This document shows, piece by piece, positions 29,898 to 43,600 of a DNA stretch of 64,000 nt. The notes under the pieces were generated by a model. The model worked only from the letters and a program-made list of their open reading frames with translations. It was not told the DNA's origin and searched no databases. This stretch comes from Eledone cirrhosa (lineage: Eukaryota): positions 20,646,001-20,710,000 of the forward strand of contig OZ024747.1 in assembly GCA_964016885.1 (NCBI GenBank), given 5' to 3'. The position numbers were made by a program, and so were the translations under genes. How positions within the stretch are numbered: the stretch's first letter is position 1; each line of letters opens with the position of its first letter.

Positions 29898-32800
29898 ATG
29901 ACCTCACTCAGAATAGGCAGCATAAATGCGCGTGGCTTGGGGTCGTCATGGAAGCAGGGTCACCTGCTCAACGACCTCAGGTCACTAAACATAGATGTAG
30001 TGGCCATCAGCGAGACCAGAATCTCCGAAGCACGGGCCTTCGCACCGATCTTCGGCGGCTACGATGTGTACGCATCTCCCAGCCGTCCTGGATCCGGTGG
30101 AGGAGTTGCTGTACTTTTTCGGAGAGGTTTGGATCTCGCCATACGGGCCATCTTCCTGGACCCAGAGGGTAAGCTGGTGGTGCTGGACGTGACCAGCGGA
30201 GACGGGCAAGCTTTCAGGCTAGTGGCCGTCTATGCCCCGACAGGAGCAGGGCGGCCTGATTTCTTCCGGCGTCTGGAGACCTTTCTTGGAACGTCCCGCT
30301 CTTTAGTGTTAGTGGGCGACTGGAACGGGATCTTAGATGCACGCTGGGACTGTGTGGGATTAGCGGATAGGGGTGGAGGGTGCAAGAGCCTCACCAACCT
30401 GCTCAGGCGTTTTGAACTGTCTGACAGGTACCGATTGGATTTCCCGAATGTGCCAATGTGGACTTGGACAAACCGCATAGGGTCATCCAGATCATATCTA
30501 GATAGAGTATTTTGTAGGGAAATAGATAGGTCTAGCATAGGCTGTCCACAATTCAAGATAGTCAGCTACACGGACCACAAATTCGTGACCTGTGTGCTTG
30601 ACTTAGATAGGCTTCATAGACGAGGACCCGGCTACTGGAAGCTAAACGCGTCCTTACCAGCGCGCAAGGCCTACAGAGACCGGATTAGCGAACTAGTTAA
30701 GCGGGCGTTGACGGGGGCCATCGTCAACAACAAGTGGTGGTTTGCTCTGAAAAGAGCGATTAGAATAGAATCGATTAGGTTTAGTAAGGCTTTAGCAATA
30801 GAGAAAAATAGAGCAGAGGGAGAACTAGTTAGAAAATTAGACGAGGCGCTTAGCAAAGGCATTGCGACCGACGTGCTTGCGGCGAAATTGGCCCTTGACC
30901 AATTCTTCAATGCAAAGCACGAAGGCTGCGTTGTCAGAGCTAGGGTGCGTGCTCTCAGACACGAGGGGACGAAAGCCGTTCAATGGGCCCGAGTGGCGGA
31001 GGCGCGTCGTGGCAACAAAGCCACGATCCGGTCTTTGGTGGACCACGACGGGCGCATGCTACTCGATCCCGGGCAAATGTGTGAAGCTTTTCAGCGACAC
31101 TTCGCTCAGCTGTTCGGGGGCAGCGGGGGGCCGGGTAGAGGGATGGACTTTAGTGTCTACCTCGACGGGCTGCCGCGGCTCTCGGCCACTGAGGCGAGGT
31201 GTTGCGAAAAGCCGATAACAGCCGCTGAAGTACGGGAGGCAATGACTGGCTGCACAAGGGGTAAATCGCCTGGTTTGGATGGTCTGCCCTATGAACTTTA
31301 CGTACAGATGCCAGACTTGTTCGGAGGCCTCTTGGCGGACGTCTACTGCAACTGGCAACAGAACGGGAGAATTCCCAGTTCTGTGAGCCGAGGAGCGGTG
31401 GCACTGCTGAGAAAGGATCCGAACAAGGGGGATAACATAGACAATTTCCGGCCCATAACTCTGCTAAACACAGAGTTTAAGATTTTGGCCAAGGTGCTAG
31501 CAAAGAGGTTGGCGCTTGTCGTTGGTGGTCTGGTGGGAGAGGCGCAGACATGCGCCATTCCCGACAGATCCATCCACGACAACCTCCACCTCATGCGATA
31601 CATCGTAGAGAGGGTAGCTAGGGAACCTGGCACGGGTGGGTCCTTGATCAATTTAGATCAGTCGAAAGCTTTCGATAGGGTCGACCATCGTTACCTAGCG
31701 GCAGTCCTGAGGGCGGCTGGCTTTGGGCCCGTCTTCAGAGGCTGGATCGCTGCCATGCACAGCGACATCTGCTCTGTGGTGAGAGTGAACGGTCACCTGT
31801 CGGAACCGTTCAACATCATGCGCTCGGTCCGCCAAGGATGTCCCCTCTCGTCCCTCTTGTACGTATTGACGCTCGAGCCATCACTGCACAAACTGGAGAC
31901 GTTGAGGGGAGTCCCGCGCGAACTAGGATGCGGAAGATCCGTGTCAGCATATGCGGACGATGTCACCGTAGTGGTGTCGAACGCCAAACACATCGAGGCG
32001 ATCGGCACTACACTAAGAGAATACGAAGCGGTGACAGGAGCAATGATCAACCAGGAAAAGTCAGTGGGCCTGCAGCTCGGCACCTGGAGAGGCAGGTCCA
32101 TGCCGTCCAACAGCGTCGTCGGGCGCTGGACGGACGGACGGTTAAATTGCTAGGGGTCTGGTTCGGTCCGGACCTCCAGACGGACAAAAACTGGGACGAG
32201 GTGACGAGCAGGGTGGCTTCTCTCACCCAGAAATGGGCGGAGAGGAAGCTATCCCTGAAAGGTCGAGCGGAGGTGGCTAACGCGTACATCGCGTCTGTCA
32301 TCTGCTACCGCCTAACCGTCGTACCTTGTCCTAAGCCTCGCCTGACTGCGCTGGAGCGTTTGCTCTTTCGCTTTTTGTGGAAGGGACGTGCTCCGATGGT
32401 CAGGCGGTCCATCTGTTGTCAACACCCGCTACGTGGAGGGCTGGGCATGCCGTGGCTGATGATGCGCAGGCACGCGCTCAGGCTACGACATCTCCACCTC
32501 TTCCTCGACGGTGATCAGGTGTGGTCGCCGTTTGCTAGACGCGTTTTTCCCCAGCTCGTTTCCTTGACGGAGCTGCAGTCCTGGGTCAAGCGAAGACCGA
32601 GAGGGAGCGCCTGGAGACTGGAATGTCTTCAGGCGCTCACAGCCCTCGACCAATCGGGCAATGTGATCGGTGGAAACTCCACCTCGGCGTTCTATAGAGG
32701 ATTAGTGGAGGGGAAGAGCGACGACGTACTTGGGGAAACTCTAGGCGTCGACGAAAATCAACTAGCCAATCTCTTCGGAAGAACTTTCGGGCCAGGGCCT

Positions 32801-33316
32801 ATGGACAACTTCCAGAAATCTCTGGCCTGGCAGTGCTACCGAGGAGCCTTGCCAGTTCGGGATAAACTCTACAGGCATGGAGGTGCCGTCAGCCGGGCAT
32901 GTCCGAGATGCGCGCAGGGCGACGAAACCGTCCTGCACGCACTCGTCCAGTGTCCGAAAATTGCTGACTTGTGGGTTTATGTCGAACACCTGCTGTCGCG
33001 TTTAGGACGGATCCAGCTATCATCTGAGTCTATCGTGAGGATTGCCCCGCCCTCCTCCTTTAGCCGGGAAGGGCAGGCAGTTTTTATCTGTCTGGTGGCC
33101 ATGGCGAAAGAGATAGTATGGTGGACACGTTTGAAAGGGCTGAAGACGAGCACTTACCTCTTCGGTGATGCTCTGATTGACTTTTTCAAATTTCATTTGA
33201 AAAGGAAAATCAGAGTAGAGAAGGAAGTGCTCTCTTCCCAGCATTTTGTTGAAAGATGGGTGAGAGAAGCAAGAATGGCCCGAGTGAATGGGCCGACTCT
33301 GAGTATATATCTGTAA
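29898..33316 (+). pseudogene. LINE ORF2, copy 5, split by a 1-bp deletion near 32139
   Basis: ggacggaccggtt reads ggacggacggtt here. The track shows a 751-aa N-terminal part (to 32153) and the remainder in another frame ending at 33316. Could also be an assembly error. Confidence 0.85.
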
Positions 33317-33577
33317 ACTAAAGGTGGAAAACTGGGAGAGGGCACTTGCCTTGGTGGTCAGGGTCATTGTGGCTTTTTACTGGGCTTTCTCCACAAATGT
33401 CCCTCCGAAGTCTCCCCCCTATTGGGGAATTTTTCATTGTTATTTTCATTGTTATTTTTGTTACATCCTCTATTTTTGTTTTTTTTACACGCAGAAATGC
33501 CCATTTGTACCGTCCTGCATTGTCCTGCACTGTCCTTAATGTCTACTTTATGTAAACCCTTGTGGTTAATAAAGAAA

Positions 33578-33629
<52 letters not shown>

Positions 33630-33746
33630 CGCCGAGGTTAACTTTGCCTTTCATCCTTACGTGGTCGATAAAATAAAGTACCAGTAATGCACTGGGTATT
33701 TGCTGGCCTTGTGTCAAATGTAGAAACAATTATTTTTATTATTATT
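33630..33746 (+). mobile_element. 5'-truncated SINE directly abutting the tail of LINE copy 5
   Basis: cgccgaggttaactttgcctttcatcc...gccttgtgtcaaatgtagaaacaattatttttattattatt. Confidence 0.9.
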
Positions 33747-35990
33747 TCTTTATCTTTCTCCAAATGAATCCAACGTTCTTCCTTGATTGCTTCACTCAAA
33801 CTTCCATATCATTGTCTGCTGAAGAATTAATGAACGGTTGGTGTATGTATGCCAATACGATTATCATCCCACCCCTGCTGTGACAAATAACAGTCGACCA
33901 AGCAGAAAGTGGGTGGCATCAAGTATATATTGTTCACTAATTTTTCAAGCATCAATGAACAGAATTTGCAATCTAATATTTGACCAATCTATGCAGAACA
34001 AGCATGAGTGAAACGGAGAATGAAATGCTAAAGAAAATGATAAATAGAATAACGAAGGTTAAGAAAAGTTGGATGAGGACATAACGACGCGTAGCAAATG
34101 ATAAAACACAGCAGGAAAGCTCGAGACGTCGCGAGGAGTGATCGGAATGAAACGGATGTATTTGACGTGACTAGAGATTGGTTTTAATGATACGTTTGAA
34201 AGTCACCGAAGTGAAACAGAAATTGAGATATTCTATAGTTCTTCAATGTCCTTCTTTGCACCGAGACATACATAATTATGGTCAGTCAGGAATTGGTTTG
34301 CAATCTGACAATAATTTTGATTCAAGTCTTCTTTCATTTATCTTTTTTTCAATTCATTCTCTTGTTTTAGTTTTCCTTTTGGTGCTTCAAATGAACAAAA
34401 ATCAAAACTTCCGTTGTTAGAGATATTAAAACTCCTTTACCAAAGTATTTATATTTATATTCCTACCTCGATTGATCCTTGATTTCATGATGTGTCATAA
34501 AATTATGATGTATTTTCAAGGCTATGTCAGAAGAGGGAAAAGCAGTATTTAAGGCGTTTTCACGAAGTCCGTGATTTATAGGAAGTATGGAAAAAATAAA
34601 CCTCAGATATTAGATCTGACCCATATGCTTAAAATGGAGTGGACTCCTCTAAATTCACCTAAGAATTCAACCAATCCATGGGTGTTAAACCAGATAACGA
34701 ATTACGTCTGCCATCCAAAATTTAAAGCATACTATGGCCATCACCTATTTCCATTGCCCCAAACATTAATTTAAGTATCACAGTTGTCACGATGCTGGTA
34801 ATGGAACACGATATTGAATGAATTATACACACATAGGATATAAGTGCAAATCTATTGTATGTGTTTTGTTTTATTTCTGGGTAAAAAACGAGATGGACAG
34901 AGCAGGAGAGACGGAGGCAGTGACAGTGGGAGTTTAATTCCATTGTGTATATATTTATTTACCACACCTCATATACAATTTTTTTAAGTAAACCAAGAAA
35001 TTATTACTACTCTATATTTCTGTTTACAGGTGAAAGGATGTCAGAAAAGCCAAACCTTCAGTTGGATTTGAACTCGAAATAACACAATATTTAATTAATT
35101 GCCACAAGGTACTTAATTGATTTTATTGTAATATTAACCATCGAATAATTTTCTCTTTCTAGATTTGGTTCTAATTAGTTATTTAATGTCTCATGCATTA
35201 AATATGATTATATTGATTTCACTGATTATTACGTGAATGGCATAGGAGAATTGTTTAACATCTAAATAATGTCATATTTCTCCATCAACAAATATACGTT
35301 TCTGTATAATTACTCAGTTATTCGTTCATTAACCTTTCAGGATGTTACAGCAATCAGTTATACTACAGGAAGGCTGCTAAAATATGATATAAGCATGTGT
35401 GGAGTTGTCTCCCATACTTCTAAAGAAAAAATTAATATTTGTTACCAAAAGAATATATTCTTATCCGTCATATATATTATTATATTTTAACTTTTTTAAT
35501 ATTCCGTTTATTAAATAAATGAGAGAATGTGTTCAACTGTGTATCAGGTGACGTATAGCCAAAGACCTCACAGTGACAGATGAAACAGCATGCGAGATGT
35601 ATTCGAATCCCACCGAGGTCAAATTTGATTTAATTCTCTCGACCTCTACTAATAAGTTACCATAAACTATTGGAGTCATTAGAGTGTCGTGTTTTTTCCA
35701 GTTCGTTAAATTCTGGGTTTAAATCCTTCCGTGATCTAATTTGGTGATAGATATACACGGTCTGACCCCGCTGGCACTAGGTGTTTTTAGCGGAGCCCAT
35801 TCTGTTGCAAGCATTTGCGCCAAATCTCTGCTTTGTGGGTACCTTTATTTCGAAAATATTGAAAAGGAGAACATGCGCAGTGCCCTTCTCTGACTAAATG
35901 ATAGAAATATGGTTTTATGTTCAGAAACGTCTCCACAGTTGTCTCCTGCATATTCTAGGAAAATTACATAATTATAATAATATTAATAAC

Positions 35991-36151
35991 AATAATAATT
36001 GTTTCTACCTTAGGCACAAGGCCAGCAATTTGAAGGGGAGGGGAAAGTTGATTAAATCGATCCCAGTACTTACTGGTGCTTTATTTTATCGACCCCGTTA
36101 GCATGAAAGGCAAAGCTAACCTTACCGATATTTGAACTGAGAACGTAAAGA
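35991..36151 (-). mobile_element. tRNA-derived SINE (long variant), partial
   Basis: aataataattgtttctaccttaggcacaaggccagc...atgaaaggcaaag...tttgaact; lies in an (AAT)n-like tract. Confidence 0.85.
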
Positions 36152-36534
36152 GATATAAGACATCAGACTGGACATGTGAGCTATTTCGTCTTAACGAATT
36201 CTGTTTGCAGATACTGATTTTTATCTTGTCATTCAGTTGTGAAAATATGTACGGTTGATTGATAGGGAAAATATATAATGTATATTTTCTAGCATGTGTG
36301 AAACCGATAAAACTCTTGTGTTTGTCTTATTGTATTCTACTTTATCGTTCAGAGATACGTGCAATAATTATGCTAACGTCAGCTTACAGCTTCATGCAAT
36401 AATCAACATCCATTGCCCATCCTTTCCTTCAGTTTTATATATTATCAAAATTAGTAAATCAAAGTTAAATTATACAACCATAGATATGAATATGGATTGC
36501 AACACTTACTTTTTCTAATATTGTTTAATATATA

Positions 36535-36696
36535 TAATATTTTCTACTTTTGGCACAAGGCCAGCAATTACTTGTACTTTATTTGATCGACGCCGTAAGG
36601 ATGAAAGGCAAAGTTAATCTCGGCGGCATTTGAACTCAGACCGTAAAGGGCCGTAACTCTATGCTACACAGCATGGCTTCCAACCCTCTACCGATA
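36535..36696 (-). mobile_element. tRNA-derived SINE, partial
   Basis: tttctacttttggcacaaggccagc...ggatgaaaggcaaagtt..ctcggcggcatttgaactcag. Confidence 0.85.
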
Positions 36697-36894
36697 AATG
36701 ATATAAGGACATTATAATAACAAGTTCATGATAGTACGGAGTTACATATTAATTATCTGACTCTGTTTAAGTGTCACGATATGTAGTTAGAGTCATAACA
36801 GCGAACCAGTTTATCTTTCTCTGGTTTTAAATTGGTACATCTGTTGATTAATATTAATTACTCCAAAGGTATAGTTCATTCTTACAAACATCTA

Positions 36895-37333
<439 letters not shown>

Positions 37334-37681
37334 CTCACCAATATAGGAGTCCATTATTGAAAATTAATTTAAATATTGCAAGGTACTCAATTTGTAGTAA
37401 ACACTAGAGCATAGCAATTACAAATAGTGTAATTAGTATTAGCAGTATTAGATGATCTAAGATCAAATCCAACTTAGAATTATGCAAACGTAGAAACCCT
37501 GGCGATATATGCAAGGTTTTAAACCGGGAAAGACTTAGTATATGACAGAAATATGAAATATGTGGTAAATAGTCCAGGCAGAAATACCGAATCTTTGTTC
37601 TATTTTTCTTTTTAATATGAATATGTAATTTTAGTGATAAGCGCACCCAGAAGGCAAAGATGTCGCTTTGTGTCGGGTCGC

Positions 37682-40600
37682 ATTATGTGGCACCCTGACA
37701 ATGTGTCTTACACGGTAACCAATGTGTTGTGTGACATCCTGATAATGTGTCTTACACCGTAACCAATGTATTGTGTGACACCCTGACAATGTGTCTTACA
37801 CTGTAACCAATGTATTGTGTGGCACCCTGACAATGTGTCTTACACTGTAACCAGTCTGTTGTGCGACATCCTGACAATGTGTCTTACACTGTAATTAATG
37901 TATTGTGTGATATCCTGACAATGTGTCTTACACTGTAACCAATGTATTGTGTGACACCCTGACAATGTGTCTTACACTGTAACCAATGAGTTGTGTGACA
38001 TCAAGACAATGTGTCTTACACTGTAACCAACGTATTGTGTAACATCCTGACAATGTGTCTTACACTGTAACCAATGGATTGTGTGACATCCTGACAATGT
38101 GTCTTACACTGTAACCAAAGTATTGTGTGACATCCTGACAATGTGTCTTACACTGTAACCAATGTATTGTGTGACACCCTGACAATGTGTCTTACACCGT
38201 AACGAATGTATTGTGTGACATCCTGACACTGTGTCTTACACTGTAACCAATGTATTGTGTGACACCCTGACAATGTGTCTTACACTGTAACCAATGTATA
38301 TGTGTGACACCCTGCCAATGTGTCTTACACTGTAACCAATGTGTTGTGTGACATCCTGACAATGTGCCTTACACTGTAACCAATGTGGTGTGTGACATGT
38401 TGACAATGTGTCTTACACTGTAACCAATGTATTGTGTGATATCCTGACAATGTGTCTTCCACTGTAACCAATGTATTGTGTGATACCCTGACAATGTGTC
38501 TTACACTGTAACCAATGTGTTGTGTGACAGCCTGACAATGTGTCTTACACTGTAACCAATGTGTTGTGTGACACCCTGACAATATGTCTTACACTGTAAT
38601 CAATGTGTTGTGTGACATCCTGACAATGTGTCTTACACTGTAACCAATGTATTGTGTGACATGCTGACAATGTGCCTTACACTGTAACCAATGTATTGTG
38701 TGACACCCTGACAATGTGTCTTACACCGTAACCAATGTATTGTGTGACATCCTGACAATGTGTCTTACACTGTAACCAATGGATTGTGTGACATCCTGAC
38801 AATGTGTCTTACACTGTAACCAAAGTATTGTGTGACATCCTGACAATGTGTCTTACACTGTAACCAATGTATTGTGTGACACCCTGACAATGTGTCTTAC
38901 ACCGTAACCAATGTATTGTGTGACATCCTGACAATGTGTCTTACACTGTAACCAATGGATTGTGTGACATCCTGACAATGTGTCTTACACTGTAACCAAA
39001 GTATTGTGTGATATCCTGACAATGTGTCTTACACTGTAACCAATGTATTGTGTGACACCCTGACAATGTGTCTTACACTGTAAACATTGTATTGTGTGAC
39101 ACCCTGCAATGTGTCTTACACTGTAACCAAAGTATTGTGTGACATCTTGACAATGTGTCTTACACTGTAACCAATGTATTGTGTGACACCCTGACAATGT
39201 GTCTTACACTGTAACCAATGAGTTGTGTGATAATCTAGACAATGTGTCTTACACTGTAACCAACCTATTGTGTAACATCCTGACAATGTGACTTACACTG
39301 TAAACAATGGATTGTGTGACATCCTGACAATGTGTCTTACACTGTAACCAATGTATTGTGTGACACCCTGACAATGTGTCTTACACTGTAACCAATGTAT
39401 TGTGTGACATCCTGACAATGTGTCTTACATTGTAACCAAAGTAATGTGTGACACCCTGACAATGTGTCTTACACTGTAACCAATGTATTGTGTGACACCC
39501 TGACAATGTGTCTTACACCGTAACCAATGTATTGTGTGACATCCTGACAATGTGTCTTACACTGTAACCAAAGTATTGTGTGACACCCTAACAATGTGTC
39601 TTACACTGTAACCAATGTATTGTGTGACACCCTGACAATGTGTCTTACACCGTAACCAATGTATTGTGTGACATCCTGACAATGTGTCTTACACTGTAAC
39701 CAATGTATTGTGTGACATCCTGACAATGTGTGTTACACTGCAACCAAAGTATTGTGTGACACCCTGACAATATGTCTTACACTGTAACCAATGTATTGTG
39801 TGACACCCTGACAATGTGTCTTACACTGTAACCAATGTATTGTGTGACATCCTGACAATGTGTCTTACACTGTAACCAATGTATTGTGTAACATCCTGAC
39901 AATGTGTCTTACTCTGTAACCAATGTATTGTGTGACATCCTGACAATGTGTCTTACACTGTAACCAATGTATTGTGTGACATCCTGACAATGTGTCTTAC
40001 ACGGTAACCAATGGATTGTGTGACATCCTGACAATGTGTTTTACACTGTAACCAAAGTATTGTGTGACATCCTGACAATGTGTCTTACACTGTAACCAAT
40101 GTATTGTGTGACACCCTGACAATGTGTCTTACACCGTAACCAATGTATTGTGTGACATCCTGACAATGTGTCTTACACTGTAACCAATGGATTGTGTGAC
40201 ATCCTGACAATGTGTCTTACACTGTAACCAAGGTATTGTGTGATATCCTGACAATATGTCTTACACTGTAAACAATGTATTGTGTGACACCCTGACAATG
40301 TGTCTTACACTGTAAACATTGTATTGTGTGACACCCTGACAATGTGTCTTACACTGTAACCAAAGTATTGTGTGACATCCTGACAATGTGTCTTACACTG
40401 TAAACAATGTATTGTGTGACACCCTGACAATGTGTCTTACACTGTAACCAATGTATTGTATGACATCCTGACAATGCGTCTTACACTGTAACCAATGTAT
40501 TGTGTGACACCCTGACAATGTGTCTTACACTGTAACCAATGTATTGTGTGACATCCTGACAATGTGTCTTACACTGTAACCAATGTATTGTGTAACATCC

Positions 40601-43600
40601 TGACAATGTGTCTTACTCTGTAACCAATGTATTGTGTGACATCCTGACAATGTGTCTTACACTGTAACCAATGTATTGTGTGACATCCTGACAATGTGTC
40701 TTACACGGTAACCAATGGATTGTGTGACATCCTGACAATGTGTTTTACACTGTAACCAAAGTATTGTGTGATATCCTGACAATGTGTCTTACACTGTAAC
40801 CAATGTATTGTGTGACACCCTGACAATGTGTCTTACACTGTAAACATTGTATTGTGTGACACCCTGACAATGTGTCTTACACTGTAACCAAAGTATTGTG
40901 TGACATCCTGACAATGTGTCTTACACTGTAAACAATGTATTGTGTGACACCCTGACAATGTGTCTTACACTGTAACCAATGTATTGTATGACATCCTGAC
41001 AATGCGTCTTACACTGTAACCAATGTATTGTGTGACACCCTGACAATGTGTCTTACACTGTAACCAATGTGGTGTGTGACATGTTGACAATGTGTCTTAC
41101 ACTGTAACCAATTTATTGTGTGATATCCTGACAATGTGTCTTCCACTGTAACCAATGTATTGTGTGATACCCTGACAATGTGTCTTACACTGTAACCAAT
41201 GTGTTGTGTGACAGCCTGACAATGTGTCTTACACTGTAACCAATGTGTTGTGTGACACCCTGACAATATGTCTTACACTGTAATCAATGTGTTGTGTGAC
41301 ACCCTGACAATGTGTCTTACACTGCAACCAAAGTATTATGTGACACCCTGACAATATGTCTTACACTGTAATCAATGTATTGTGTGACACCCAGACAATG
41401 TGTCTTACACTGTAACCAATGTATTGTGTGACATCCTGACAATGTGTCTTACACTGTAACCAATGTATTGTGTAACATCCTGACAATGTGTCTTACACTG
41501 TAACCAATCTATTGTGTGACATCCTGACAATGTGTCTTACACTGTAACCAATGTATTGTGTGACATCCTGACAATGTGTCTTACACTGTAACCAATGGAT
41601 TGTGTGACATCCTGACAATGTGTCTTACACTGTAACAAAAGTATTGTGTGACATCCTGACAATGTGTCTTACACTGTAACCAATGTATTGTGTGACACCC
41701 TGACAATGTGTCTTACACCGTAACCAATGTATTGTGTGTCATCCTGACAATGTGTCTTACACTGTAACCAATGAGTTGTGTGACATCCAGACAATGTGTC
41801 TTACACTGTAACCAACCTATTGTGTAACATCCTGACAATGTGTTTTACACTGTAACCAATGGATTGCGTGACATCCTGACAATGTGTCTTACACTGTAAC
41901 CAAAGTATTGTGTGACATCCTGACAATGTGTCTTACACTGTAACCAATGTATTGTGTGACACCCTGACAATGTGTCTTACACCGTAACCAATGTATTGTG
42001 TGACATCCTGACAATGTGTCTTACACTGTAACCAATGTATTGTGTGACACCCTGACAATGTGTCTTACACTGTAACCAATGTATTGTGTGACATCCTGAC
42101 AATGTGTCTTACATTGTAACCAAAGTATTGTGTGACACCCTGACAATGTGTCTTACACTGTAACCAATGTATTGTGTGACACCCTGACAATGTGTCTTAC
42201 ACCGTAACCAATGTATTGTGTGACATCCTGACAATGTGTCTTACACTGTAACCAAAGTATTGTGTGACACCCTGACAATGTGTCTTACACTGTAACCAAT
42301 GTATTGTGTGACATCCTGACAATGTGTCTTACACTGTAACCAATGTATTGTGTAACATCCTGACAATGTGTCTTACTCTGTAACCAATGTATTGTGTGAC
42401 ATCCTGACAATGTGTCTTACACTGTAACCAATGTATTGTGTGACATCCTGACAATGTGTCTTACACGGTAACCAATGGATTGTGTGACATCCTGACAATG
42501 TGTTTTACACTGTAACCAAAGTATTGTGTGACATCCTGACAATGTGTCTTACACTGTAACCAATGTATTGTGTGACACCCTGACAATGTGTCTTACACCG
42601 TAACCAATGTATTGTGTGACATCCTGACAATGTGTCTTACACTGTAACCAATGGATTGTGTGACATCCTGACAATGTGTCTTACACTGTAACCAAGGTAT
42701 TGTGTGATATCCTGACAATATGTCTTACACTGTAAACAATGTATTGTGTGACACCCTGACAATGTGTCTTACACTGTAAACATTGTATTGTGTGACACCC
42801 TGACAATGTGTCTTACACTGTAACCAAAGTATTGTGTGACATCCTGACAATGTGTCTTACACTGTAAACAATGTATTGTGTGACACCCTGACAATGTGTC
42901 TTACACTGTAACCAATGTATTGTATGACATCCTGACAATGCGTCTTACACTGTAACCAATGTATTGTGTGACACCCTGACAATGTGTCTTACACTGTAAC
43001 CAATGTATTGTGTGACATCCTGACAATGTGTCTTACACTGTAATCAATGTATTGTGTAACATCCTGACAATGTGTCTTACTCTGTAACCAATGTATTGTG
43101 TGACATCCTGACAATGTGTCTTACACTGTAACCAATGTATTGTGTGACATCCTGACAATGTGTCTTACACGGTAACCAATGGATTGTGTGACATCCTGAC
43201 AATGTGTTTTACACTGTAACCAAAGTATTGTGTGACATCCTGACAATGTGTCTTACACTGTAACCAATGTATTGTGTGACACCCTGACAATGTGTCTTAC
43301 ACCGTAACCAATGTATTGTGTGACATCCTGACAATGTGTCTTACACTGTAACCAATGGAGTGTGTGACATCCTGACAATGTGTCTTACACTGTAACCAAA
43401 GTATTGTGTGATATCCTGACAATGTGTCTTACACTGTAACCAATGTATTGTGTGACACCCTGACAATGTGTCTTACACTGTAAACATTGTATTGTGTGAC
43501 ACCCTGACAATGTGTCTTACACTGTAACCAAAGTATTGTGTGACATCCTGACAATGTGTCTTACACTGTAAACAATGTATTGTGTGACACCCTGACAATG

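Larger units (their letters stand above)
27559..33629 (+). mobile_element. Full-length Tx1-like LINE, copy 5 (ORF2 frameshifted)
   Basis: Same 5' end; about (ATT)16 tail; private substitutions, a 6-bp deletion in ORF1 and a 1-bp deletion in ORF2. Confidence 0.95.

Noticed and set aside
3633-33367. Many antisense and alternate-frame ORFs repeated five times
   Set aside because: They are shadows of ORF1 and ORF2 caused by compositional bias, repeated only because the element is repeated; no domain signatures.
2898-33629. LTR retrotransposon or telomeric HeT-A-like array
   Set aside because: The apparent terminal direct repeats are the 3' ends of adjacent LINE units; there is no integrase, protease or primer-binding site. 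No TTAGGG repeats are present and ordinary genomic DNA flanks both sides.
33750-36890. Host gene exons in the unique-looking AT-rich stretches here and at 53100-54500 and 57600-59300
   Set aside because: No convincing splice-bounded ORF with protein-like content; several parts look like decayed repeats. Small exons cannot be excluded by eye.
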